DNA of 32,000 nucleotides from an uncultured Clostridium sp. (GCA_930980855.1 CAKNIZ010000004.1:61002-93001); one strand, 5' to 3'; positions 8,212-16,080 are shown, numbered from the stretch's first letter. The notes: a model not told the origin generated them from the letters alone. A program made the numbers and translations.

Positions 8212-8790
8212 ATGATAGGAGATATGCTTTCTAAAATTAGGGAAGATAAAAAAGTTTCGAAAACTACACTTGCTCAATCTACTAATATTAATGTTGGGCA
8301 CTTAACACATATTGAAAAAGGCGAAAGGAATCCAAGCCATAAAGCTTTAAAAGGTCTTTGTGAAGCGTTAGAAGTTCCTTATCAACCACTGATGTATACA
8401 TATGATAAAAAGTTGACTGATGAGCAAATTGAATATAGCGCTATTAATCATATTAAATATGATTCTATCCCTATGTTAGATAATATTTCTGGTTTTGCTA
8501 AATGTTCTTTAGAGACCAGCAATGCTTCTATATGTTTAAAAGTAAAAGATGATGCAATGTCTCCTAGATTTGAAAAAGATTCTTATGTTTTTGTTGAATT
8601 TAATACTCCTCTAAATAATAAAGATTTTGGACTTTTTGAATATAAAAATGAATATATAATTCGTAAATTTATTGTAAGAAAAAATGATTTAGTTTTGAGA
8701 GCTGAAAAAGAAGGTATTGGAGATATTATTCTTACATCTAGCGATGATTTTTATATAATTGGTAAAGTTCTTGGGAAGTTAGAGAATTAA
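8212..8790 (+). CDS. XRE-family HTH repressor fused to an S24 (LexA/CI-like) peptidase domain
   Basis: N-terminal HTH (KVSKTTLAQSTNINVGHLTHIEKGERNPS). The C-terminal S24-like fold has VKDDAMSPRF in place of the canonical VKGDSMxP motif, and a later IRKF lysine. Confidence 0.75.
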   Translation: MIGDMLSKIREDKKVSKTTLAQSTNINVGHLTHIEKGERNPSHKALKGLCEALEVPYQPLMYTYDKKLTDEQIEYSAINHIKYDSIPMLDNISGFAKCSLETSNASICLKVKDDAMSPRFEKDSYVFVEFNTPLNNKDFGLFEYKNEYIIRKFIVRKNDLVLRAEKEGIGDIILTSSDDFYIIGKVLGKLEN

Positions 8791-8796
8791 CCTTTT

Positions 8797-8831
8797 GATG
8801 TAATATTTATCAAAAATATTACATCTTTTTT
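8797..8831 (+). terminator. intrinsic terminator
   Basis: GATGTAATATTT-atcaa-AAATATTACATC is a perfect 12-bp stem followed by TTTTTT. Confidence 0.6.
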
Positions 8832-8918
8832 ACATTTATAATACAAATTAATTAATCTATTGAATATTTTGTCAAAAAATAATATAATATGGGTAGTTTT
8901 TAAGCATAGGAGAAAGTC

Positions 8919-9389
8919 ATGGAGTTAGTGAAAAATATATTTTTTAATACAGATAAATTGATTGAAAATTCAGTTGTAAAATTATCTTATACAGGAAAGC
9001 TTTTTCAGAATAATTCTGAAGAAGTATTTATTCATTATGGTTTTGGAGATAACTGGGAAAATGTTGCAGAATTGCCTATGAATAAGACAGAACTTGGTTT
9101 TCAAGTTGAAATTCAGTTAAATAATAATGATAAATTAAATTTATGTTTTAGAAACTCTAATAATGAATGGGATAATAATGATTATAAAAATTATACATTT
9201 CAAATAGAAGAGGCTCCTGTTTCTTTAGCTGTTGTTGAAAACAATTCTTTAGAAACACCTAGAAGACTTAGAAAAACTTATCTTTGGAGTAAGAAAATTA
9301 AATTGGCAGTTTATAAAATTATTAAATATTTTCCTAAACTCATATCTGGAAATTATAGAAAAAAAGCAGAAAATGCTAATCATGAATAG
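8919..9389 (+). CDS. carbohydrate-binding-module-like (CBM25/53-like) protein with basic C-terminal tail
   Basis: 156 aa. The pattern VFIHYGFGDNWENV...LNLCFRNSNNEWDNNDYKNYTF resembles starch-binding CBM modules (WDNN..NY). No signal peptide is seen. Family call is tentative. Confidence 0.35.
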   Translation: MELVKNIFFNTDKLIENSVVKLSYTGKLFQNNSEEVFIHYGFGDNWENVAELPMNKTELGFQVEIQLNNNDKLNLCFRNSNNEWDNNDYKNYTFQIEEAPVSLAVVENNSLETPRRLRKTYLWSKKIKLAVYKIIKYFPKLISGNYRKKAENANHE

Positions 9390-9395
9390 ATACAA

Positions 9396-9431
9396 AAAAT
9401 ATCAAGAAGAGAAATTTTCTTGATATTTTTT
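9396..9431. terminator. bidirectional intrinsic terminator
   Basis: AAAATATCAAGAA (9396-9408) pairs with TTCTTGATATTTT (9417-9429) as a perfect 13-bp stem flanked by A and T runs. Confidence 0.55.
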
Positions 9432-9477
9432 ACATTTCCATATTATTTATCTTTCATTGTTTTTAATGAAACTCCTT

Positions 9478-10724
9478 TTACAAATATAAAGTTGGTCTGC
9501 ATGCGATGTAACTATTACCGTGTATTAAGATTTCCGTAACGACCACTAACATAGTAGCTCCCTGAACCATAATATCCACCTCGATAAGTATAAGGATTGT
9601 AAACATTGGTATTGCTTTCTGTGCTCCACTCATGCGTGTTTCCTGCTAAATCATATATGTTGCATTTTACATCTTTATTTATTCCATTTGTTGCCTCTCC
9701 ACATTTTGCCAACATACTTTGTAATTTTATTTGTCTAGAGTAGTCTTCATCTCCACTACACTTTTGTATGAATACTATTGCAGTATCCCATGCAAAACTA
9801 TTTATTAAATCACTGGTAAAATTATTACTACTATACATATTTTGACATAAACTTGATGCTTGCTGTTGTGTTATATAATTATATGGATACACTCCTGCTT
9901 TGCAAACTATAGGATTTGTATCTATTGTACTAGAATTTCTCTCAGAATTAGTTGCTAGAGAGTCTCCGGCTTCAAATCTTCCTATGTAATATCCTCCACT
10001 TTCTTTTGATTTTATAACAAATTCTGATATATCTTTTGCTTTTACGTTGTCTGATTGCGTAGTATTTAATAATTCTTTATAATAGTAGCTACTGGCACTA
10101 GAAGTTTTTAACCATGTCTCATCAGCATAATTCTCTGCTGTTTGAACTAAATTTTCACTTCCATTATAGTCAAATGTATATCTTCCTAATGTTATTTCTT
10201 TTTCTCCTTCTGAGGTTTTTATTTTTCCTATGGGTACCCATACAAATTGACTTCCTTTTGTATTAGTATTCCCTGCTGATACATCTTCAATTATTATTCC
10301 ATTTTCTACATTATCTTGTGGATTTACTACTCCAAATCCTCCGCGGTATTTTTACTTTATTACCTAATGAATCAGTGAAAATGTAATTCGAAGATGGTAC
10401 ATAAGTTCCAGTTATTTTTTCACCTTTTACATATCCTGTTTTTCCATATGCAATATCTTCTGGAGTTGCAGTTGCATCAGAAGTATCTATCGATTCTAAA
10501 GTTCCCGTTATTCCACCTATTGTTATTCCTTTTTTTATGTTATTTGCTATTAAACTTGAACTTGCATTTCCTCCTGCAAAATAATTTCCTCCTTCTGCTT
10601 GTTTTTTTACTACAACGTTTCTTATTACTATGCCTCCAACTATTATTCCTATTAAGGCTATTACTGTAATTAGTATTATTATTTTTTTCCTCTTATCGTT
10701 CTGTACTTTACCTTCCTTTTTCAT
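9478..10724 (-). pseudogene. SUMF1/FGE-domain protein paralog B, disrupted by frameshifts
   Basis: ORF 10311-10724 is the N-terminus (TM anchor plus GITIGGITGT / GEKITGT, closely matching paralog A). The frame breaks at about 10340: ...KIPRR then stop, while the other frame continues GFGVVNPQDN...GRFEAGDS... into ORF 9515-9892 (YDLAGNTHEWSTE...RGGYYGSG). The usual C-terminal ending (..IACRPTLYL, stop at 9478) is again in another frame. Confidence 0.7.
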
Positions 10725-10760
10725 TTTGTTCCTCCTTGTATTTTTTATTTTTTAGCGCAC

Positions 10761-10812
10761 AAAAAAGCTACATACTTTAAACGACTTTTAGGTTCTATTA
10801 AAATACATAGCT
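10761..10812 (-). terminator. terminator-like leader hairpin, copy B
   Basis: The minus-strand RNA AGCUAUGUAUUUUAA...UUAAAGUAUGUAGCU forms 15 bp including 3 G.U pairs, followed by UUUUUU. The loop sequence differs from copy A. Confidence 0.45.
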
Positions 10813-10849
10813 TCTTTTCTATGTCTATTTATGTTTATTTTGTTAAATC

Positions 10850-10903
10850 CTACGATATATATATATATATATATACAGCCTCAAGGCTTTTATCGATTTT
10901 CAT
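10850..10903 (-). CDS. candidate leader peptide MKIDKSLEAVYIYIYIS (copy B)
   Basis: Same frame, length and stop position as copy A. The nucleotide differences between the copies give S/D, E/K, D/E and T/A replacements and no frame disruption. Confidence 0.3.
   Translation of the reverse strand: MKIDKSLEAVYIYIYIS
10855..10875. repeat. (AT)10A dinucleotide microsatellite, copy B
   Basis: Read directly; same length as 4736-4756. Confidence 0.95.
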
Positions 10904-11022
10904 GTATAATTTTTACCTTTCTTTTACTAACTTATATTATCTTTATACATTTATTTTTTACATTTGTCAATCGCTGTAAAAATTTTTCTGAAAAATATGT
11001 AAATTTTTTTTATGAAAAGCTG

Positions 11023-11051
11023 TTGACAAAAGCGTTTACATGTAGTAGAAT
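11023..11051 (+). promoter_or_regulatory. SigA-type promoter (TTGACA-N17-TAGAAT) of the tRNA operon
   Basis: TTGACA at 11023-11028 and TAGAAT at 11046-11051, about 40 nt upstream of the first tRNA. Confidence 0.5.
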
Positions 11052-11089
11052 AATGTATGTGTCAACTGAACAGTTGATATGTGAGTTAT

Positions 11090-11165
11090 GAGTCATTAGC
11101 TCAGTTGGTAGAGCACTTGACTTTTAATCAAGTTGTCCGGGGTTCGATTCCCCGATGGCTCACCA
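11090..11165 (+). tRNA. tRNA-Lys(UUU)
   Basis: GAGTCAT TA GCTC AGTTGGTA GAGC A CTTGA CTTTTAA TCAAG ... CGGGG TTCGATT CCCCG ATGGCTC A CCA. Canonical cloverleaf, very close to Bacillus tRNA-Lys. Confidence 0.95.
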
Positions 11166-11169
11166 TTAC

Positions 11170-11244
11170 GGCCCCGTGGTCAAGCGGTTAAGACATCGCC
11201 CTTTCACGGCGGAGACATGGGTTCGATTCCCGTCGGGGTCACCA
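11170..11244 (+). tRNA. tRNA-Glu(UUC)
   Basis: GGCCCCGTGGTCAAGCGGTTAAGACATCGCCCTTTCACGGCGGAGACATGGGTTCGATTCCCGTCGGGGTCACCA. The anticodon loop is CTTTCAC, and the sequence is close to Bacillus tRNA-Glu. Confidence 0.95.
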
Positions 11245-11247
11245 TAC

Positions 11248-11549
11248 GCCACTTTAGCTCAGCTGGTAGAGCAACTGACTTGTGGGATAGGTAATTTATT
11301 TACTTTGAACTATCTTGCACCTTTGCGAGGAAACTTGCAAAGTGGACATCGCTAATTCGGGGAAGGCTAAATAGTAATATATGCTAATCCCGAGCTAGAA
11401 AGAAATTTCGAGTGTAGAGACTTTATACGATGTGCCTAAGGTTTATTCTATGGCAAAGAGAAAGTCCAGACCACAAACATTATATGGCAATGAAAATTGT
11501 AGTGGTATGAATCAGTAGGTCGTCCGTTCAAATCGGACAAGTGGCTCCA
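11248..11549 (+). tRNA. tRNA-Thr(UGU) gene interrupted by a group I intron (exons 11248-11283 and 11510-11549)
   Basis: The joined exons give GCCACTT TA GCTC AGCTGGTA GAGC A ACTGA CTTGTAA TCAGT AGGTC GTCCG TTCAAAT CGGAC AAGTGGC T CCA (76 nt). The stretch GAGCAACTGACTTGTAATCAGTAGGT is identical to Bacillus tRNA-Thr(UGU). Confidence 0.85.
11284..11509 (+). ncRNA. group I (IC3-like) self-splicing intron in the tRNA-Thr anticodon loop
   Basis: A 9-bp P1 forms between exon UGU plus intron GGGAUA (11281-11289) and UAUCUUGCA (11311-11319), with a U.G wobble at the splice site. P2 is UUUGCGAG-GAAA-CUUGCAAA (11322-11341). Core stretches AAUUCGGGGAAGGCUAAAUAG and GUGUAGAGACU..GUGCCUAAGG..CUAUGG resemble the Azoarcus and Anabaena tRNA introns. 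The intron ends in G at 11509. It is too short to hold an ORF. Confidence 0.85.
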
Positions 11550-11606
11550 TTATAAAAGGTCAGTAATTTTAGGTAAGCTATTGTTATTGGCTTTTATTTT
11601 TTTAGG

Positions 11607-12002
11607 ATGTGCTTAATGTATTGTTTAAATTGTGGTTCTATATTATGCAAGAACAGAAAGTTTTGTAATAATAAATGTCAAAAAGAATATGAATACAAAA
11701 GATTTATTGTTGCATGGAAAAATGGTAAAGAATCTGGCCTACGTGGCCAATACCAAACTTCTATGTATATTAAAACGTATCTTTTCAATAAATATAATAA
11801 TAAATGTGCTAGATGTGGATGGAGTGAAAAAAATATATACACTAATACTATTCCTTTAGAAATTGAGCATATTGACGGAAATTTTCAGAATAATTCTGAA
11901 GATAATTTATTATTATTATGTCCAAATTGCCACTCTTTGACTGGTACATATAAAGGAGCGAATAAAAATGGTAGAAAATCAAGAAAAAAATACTCAAAAT
12001 AG
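11607..12002 (+). CDS. HNH (His-Me finger) endonuclease with N-terminal zinc ribbon
   Basis: CLNCG...CNNKC zinc ribbon, then CARCGW...EIEHIDGNFQNNSEDNLLLLCPNCH, the HNH motif flanked by CxxC pairs. The ATG at 11616 has better spacing from AGGA (11603-11606) than the one at 11607. Confidence 0.8.
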   Translation: MCLMYCLNCGSILCKNRKFCNNKCQKEYEYKRFIVAWKNGKESGLRGQYQTSMYIKTYLFNKYNNKCARCGWSEKNIYTNTIPLEIEHIDGNFQNNSEDNLLLLCPNCHSLTGTYKGANKNGRKSRKKYSK

Positions 12003-12711
12003 AATAGCTATTGTTACAGGTGGCTCAAGGGGTATAGGAGCTTCAATTGTAAAAAAACTTTCTCAAAATGGTTTTTCAGTTATTTTGAATTATAACAATT
12101 CATTTGAAAGTGCAAAGCAAATAACTTCTGAAAACCCTAATATAGATAATTTTAAGGCAGATGTCTCAAATTATGATGAAGTTTGTAATCTAATAAATTT
12201 TACAATTAATAAATATGGAAAAATTGATTTATTAGTTAATAATGCTGGAATTGATTTAATTAAAACTATTAATGACATCACTCCTCAAGATTTTGATAAC
12301 ATTCTTAAAACTAATTTATATTCTGCATTTTATACTTCGAAAGAAGTTTCTAAATACATGATTCAAGCTAAAAATGGAACCATTATAAATATATCTTCTA
12401 TATGGGGGCTAGTTGGTGCTTCATGTGAAATGGCTTATTCTGTTAGTAAAGCTGGATTAGATGCAATGACTAAATCTTTAGCAAAAGAATTAGGCCCATC
12501 AAATATTAAAGTTAACAGCATAGCTCCAGGAATTATTGATACAGATATGAATAAATTTTTGAGTAATGAAGAAAAAAATCAGATAATAAATGAAATTCCT
12601 TTAGAAAAGATTGGAAAGCCCAGTGATATAGCTGATTGTGTGTTGTTTTTAGCAAATTCCAATTATATTACTGGACAAATTATTCAAGTAAATGGTGGAT
12701 GGAATATATAA
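11968..12711 (+). CDS. short-chain dehydrogenase/reductase, FabG-like (3-oxoacyl-ACP reductase family)
   Basis: TGGSRGIG cofactor motif, NNAG, and S...YSVSK catalytic tetrad elements. AAAGGAG RBS 8 nt upstream of the ATG. The start overlaps the HNH ORF by 35 nt. Confidence 0.8.
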   Translation: MVENQEKNTQNRIAIVTGGSRGIGASIVKKLSQNGFSVILNYNNSFESAKQITSENPNIDNFKADVSNYDEVCNLINFTINKYGKIDLLVNNAGIDLIKTINDITPQDFDNILKTNLYSAFYTSKEVSKYMIQAKNGTIINISSIWGLVGASCEMAYSVSKAGLDAMTKSLAKELGPSNIKVNSIAPGIIDTDMNKFLSNEEKNQIINEIPLEKIGKPSDIADCVLFLANSNYITGQIIQVNGGWNI

Positions 12712-12732
12712 AATGGCTTCTAAAAGCCATTT

Positions 12733-12927
12733 TTATTTTTCTTCCTTGTTTAGTTCATTTACTACATCATTTACATCAATTCCATGAATCATGCATGCTT
12801 CTTCTAATGTTTCTCCTTGTGATGCAGGACAACCTACACAATGCATTCCTGCTTGAAGAAGAATATCTACTTTGTCTGGATCTTTTTCTAATATTTCCCC
12901 TATTTTAGTATCTTTATTAAACTTCAT
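12733..12927 (-). CDS. DUF1858 / hybrid-cluster-protein-associated redox disulfide domain protein
   Basis: 64 aa. ...TKIGEILEKDPDKVDILLQAGMHCVGCPASQGETLEEACMIHGIDV... is the characteristic H-C-x-G-C-P motif family. Confidence 0.7.
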   Translation of the reverse strand: MKFNKDTKIGEILEKDPDKVDILLQAGMHCVGCPASQGETLEEACMIHGIDVNDVVNELNKEEK

Positions 12928-13039
12928 AACCTTCCTCCTTTACATTGTTAGTCTTAACTAACTAATATTTTAACATATTTTTTTAAAAAAGTATAGACAA
13001 AATTAAAAATATGTTATATACTGGTAATTGTTGGAAGGA

Positions 13040-13198
13040 GTGTTTTTTATTTTTACTTTATTAGATTTATTTTTTATTATTTTTATAGTTAATGCTTTAA
13101 TTGTTTTTTATGCAGTTTATACATTTATTCAATTCAAATTATCCACATCTGCCCAGGGTTCTAAGCTTAAACTAAAAATAAGGAGGGATAATAATTAG
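13040..13198 (+). CDS. possible small single-TM protein upstream of the coupling protein
   Basis: Open frame (GTG 13040 or ATT 13049, which is 8 nt after GGAAGGAG) encodes ..FTLLDLFFIIFIVNALIVFYAVYTFIQFKLSTSAQGSKLKLKIRRDNN. Its stop TAG (13196-13198) overlaps the proposed ATT start of the next gene. Below the ORF-track size cutoff; weak support. Confidence 0.25.
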   Translation: MFFIFTLLDLFFIIFIVNALIVFYAVYTFIQFKLSTSAQGSKLKLKIRRDNN

Positions 13199-14876
13199 AT
13201 TTATTTTTAATATTTTATTTAATTTCTTTACACTTTTTATCTATTTAGCATTATTTAAACCTATAATATTTTCCAATTATTTAACTGTTCACAGTAATTT
13301 TAAAATTTTTAATTTCCTATTAGAGGACCCTACTTTATGGAATAATTTTAAAGTTATTCATATTATTGCATTTGTGTTTTCTTCTTTAATACTTTGTAAT
13401 TTTCTTTATTCAAATTTTCTTTTAAAATTTTTTAAAATTCGAGAAAAGAATGAAGTTTTTGTCCCATCTGCTTCAGAATTAAGCCTTCTTATAGGAAAAA
13501 ATTATAAAAACATACCTGTTTATATTTCTGAAAAAAGCTTATACCAGAATATCTTAATCACTGGAGGAATAGGCACTGGAAAAACAGCTTCTGCAATGTA
13601 TCCTTTTACAAAACAGTTAATTAATTATATGAACAATGATTTTAATAAAAAACTTGGTTTCTTAATATTAGATGTTAAAGGTAACTATTATTCGAAAGTA
13701 TTAGAGTTTGCTAAACAATCTAATAGATTAGATGATGTTATAGTTATTGAATTAAATGGTAAATATACCTATAATCCGCTAGATAAGCCAAATTTAAAAG
13801 CCTCTATATTAGCCAACAGATTAAAAAATATATTACTATTATTTTCTCCAAATAACTCTGAATCTTTTTGGCTTGATAAAGCCGAGCAAGTTATAGAAAA
13901 TCTTATAATTTTTTGCAGAACATATAATAATAAATATGTTACATTTGACGAACTTCATAAATTAATAACAGATAAATCTTATTATACTTCTAAATTAGTT
14001 GATGTTCGAAAAATATTTTTATCCGGAAAATTAAATGAATCTGAAATATATGATTTATTATCAAGTATAACTTTTTTAGAAAAAGATTTTTTTACTTTAG
14101 ATGATAGAACACTTAATTTATTAAAATCTGAAATTACAAGAATTACTAATTGTTTTGTGTCTGATTATGAAATTCTTCATACTTTTTGTCCTCCAAAATA
14201 TAAAGAAAATTTTTATGGATTTGAAGAAGCAATTTCAAAAGGAAAAATAGTAGTATTAAATCTCAATATTGGTAAATACCGCAATATCTCCAAAATTATT
14301 GCTGCATATTTAAAGTTAGACTTTCAAACAGATGTAATTTCTGGGTTATCTAGTAAAGTAATTAGACCTATGGTATTTATATCTGATGAATACCAGGAAT
14401 ATGTTACAGTATCTGACGCTGAATTCTTTGCTCAAAGCCGTGAAGCTAAATGTATAAATATAGTGTGTACTCAAAGTTATTCTTCATTGCAAAATACCTT
14501 AAACAATTCTTCTAGTGTCAAAGTTATTGTTCAAAATTTGGTAAATAAACTTTGGTTTAGAACTGATGATATTTTTACAATTGAAGATGCTCAAAAGCAG
14601 ATTGGTAAAGAAGATAAAGAAAAAATTTCTAAAACTCTTTCTGAAAACTCTAAGGAAAGTAATTATAATTATTTATTAAAAAACTTTACTTCTTTAGACT
14701 CTAATTTATCTGAAAGTATCAATACTTATACTCAATTTGATTATTCTTATGATTATAATTTCTTTACTCAAGAATTACAAACCTTTACTTGTTTATCTTT
14801 TCTATCTGATGGAGAAAAAATTATTAAACCCCAAAAACTGAAAATGTTACCCTATTTTAAGGAGGATGATGAATGA
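13194..14876 (+). CDS. type IV coupling protein (VirD4/TraG/TraD family ATPase)
   Basis: Walker A ITGGIGTGKTAS, then LILDVKGNYY, Walker B VFISDEYQEY, and CTQSYSSL. The ORF track starts at GTG 13374, in the middle of a TM helix. The frame is open from 13182 and adds two TM helices (IFNILFNFFTLFIYLALF and VIHIIAFVFSSLILCNF). A GGAGGG (13182-13187) lies 6 nt before ATT 13194. Confidence 0.75.
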   Translation: MRFIFNILFNFFTLFIYLALFKPIIFSNYLTVHSNFKIFNFLLEDPTLWNNFKVIHIIAFVFSSLILCNFLYSNFLLKFFKIREKNEVFVPSASELSLLIGKNYKNIPVYISEKSLYQNILITGGIGTGKTASAMYPFTKQLINYMNNDFNKKLGFLILDVKGNYYSKVLEFAKQSNRLDDVIVIELNGKYTYNPLDKPNLKASILANRLKNILLLFSPNNSESFWLDKAEQVIENLIIFCRTYNNKYVTFDELHKLITDKSYYTSKLVDVRKIFLSGKLNESEIYDLLSSITFLEKDFFTLDDRTLNLLKSEITRITNCFVSDYEILHTFCPPKYKENFYGFEEAISKGKIVVLNLNIGKYRNISKIIAAYLKLDFQTDVISGLSSKVIRPMVFISDEYQEYVTVSDAEFFAQSREAKCINIVCTQSYSSLQNTLNNSSSVKVIVQNLVNKLWFRTDDIFTIEDAQKQIGKEDKEKISKTLSENSKESNYNYLLKNFTSLDSNLSESINTYTQFDYSYDYNFFTQELQTFTCLSFLSDGEKIIKPQKLKMLPYFKEDDE

Positions 14877-15205
14877 AATTATCTAAGAAAAAATTTTTTA
14901 TTATATTTTGTATAATTTTAATTATTTTATTTTTATCTTTTTCAACAATATCTTATGGTGCAGAACCTAAAATTATAAAAAAATTAAGTGATGCCTTTGA
15001 AGATATTGAGGACTGGATTCTAAAACTTTCTACTCCTGCTGCTGCTGTTGCTGTTGGAGTTGGTATATTTATGAAAAAATTTAGTTTTGGTGATGAAGAA
15101 AAAATTCGTACTGCAAAAAAGGTAATACGAGGTTCTTTATTTTCCTATGGTTTTATTCTGGCTATTGACTTAATTTTGTCCGCTATTAGTTCTTTAATTG
15201 ACTAG
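14873..15205 (+). CDS. small secreted/membrane protein, VirB2/TrbC-pilin-like topology
   Basis: 110 aa. A signal-peptide-like N-terminus ends ...ISYGA, followed by two hydrophobic segments separated by a charged loop. An ATGA overlap with the coupling-protein stop suggests translational coupling. The call rests on topology only. Confidence 0.3.
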   Translation: MKLSKKKFFIIFCIILIILFLSFSTISYGAEPKIIKKLSDAFEDIEDWILKLSTPAAAVAVGVGIFMKKFSFGDEEKIRTAKKVIRGSLFSYGFILAIDLILSAISSLID

Positions 15206-15219
15206 CTAAAGGAGGTATT

Positions 15220-16080
15220 TTGGATCAAACCGAAATTGTTAATATTATTATTGAGACTATTAATTCTATTTTCAGTAATTTATTTTCATCAATTGATAAC
15301 AATATTTATGAGTATTTAGATGATTTTACTTTTATAAATACCAATATTATTGATTCTTCCTTTTTCGAAAAATTACTTGGAGCAAATGGCAAAAATGGCA
15401 TAATTTATTTATCTGACGCATTACTGGTTGGAGTCATACTTTATTATTCAATTAGATATATGTATTCTACATTTTCTGGTAGTTTTACTGAGAAGCCAAG
15501 TCAATTTGTACTTAGAACAATAATACTAGGTATTATAATTAATGGTTCTTACTTTATTTGTGAACAAATGTTAAATATAAATTATCTTTTATCTGAAAGT
15601 ATTCGAGAAATAGGCTCATCTGTTATAGATTTAGATATTTCATTTGCCGAACTTATTAATAGATTAAATTCTACAATTAGTGTTGGGAATAATTCCTTTG
15701 ATTTATTTTCATTTGATGGTATAATTAAAAGTTTTATTTCTGTCGGTTTACTAAATCTTTTATTTTCATATTCATTAAGATATATTATGCTGCAAGTTTT
15801 TATACTATCTTGCCCTTTAGTTTTTCTATCTTTGATGAATTCTTCGACTTACTGGATATTTAAGTCTTGGCTTAAAATTTTCTTATCTTTATTATTGTTA
15901 CAATCATTTGTATCACTAATTTTAATAGTGATGTTATCTTTTGATGAATCTAATAAACTTCTTCTAATTGGAGCAATTTATGCATTAATTAGAGCAAATA
16001 ATTATATGAGAGATTTAATTGGAGGCATAAACATTGATGTTTCTGCTAGTATATCTTCTTTCGTTTCTTCATTGAAGTAA
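15220..16080 (+). CDS. polytopic membrane protein, VirB6/TrbL/TcpH-like
   Basis: 286 aa with about 6 TM helices and a TTG start 6 nt after AAAGGAGG. The call rests on position and topology only. Confidence 0.4.
   Translation: MDQTEIVNIIIETINSIFSNLFSSIDNNIYEYLDDFTFINTNIIDSSFFEKLLGANGKNGIIYLSDALLVGVILYYSIRYMYSTFSGSFTEKPSQFVLRTIILGIIINGSYFICEQMLNINYLLSESIREIGSSVIDLDISFAELINRLNSTISVGNNSFDLFSFDGIIKSFISVGLLNLLFSYSLRYIMLQVFILSCPLVFLSLMNSSTYWIFKSWLKIFLSLLLLQSFVSLILIVMLSFDESNKLLLIGAIYALIRANNYMRDLIGGINIDVSASISSFVSSLK

Larger units (their letters stand above)
10725..10970 (-). promoter_or_regulatory. promoter (TTGACA-N17-TATAAA) plus leader, repeat copy B
   Basis: Minus strand has TTGACA at 10970-10965 and TATAAA at 10947-10942 with a 17-nt spacer. 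It aligns with 4611-4852. Confidence 0.5.

Noticed and set aside
11155-11355. 66-aa plus-strand ORF from the track (MAHHYGPVVKRLRH...)
   Set aside because: It lies entirely over tRNA-Lys(UUU), tRNA-Glu(UUC) and the first exon and intron of tRNA-Thr. The tRNA cloverleaves explain the sequence, and the ORF has no RBS.
11632-11859. Alternative-frame ORF 11632-11859 within the HNH gene
   Set aside because: It overlaps a frame with a clear HNH/zinc-ribbon signature, and its own translation has no recognisable motif.
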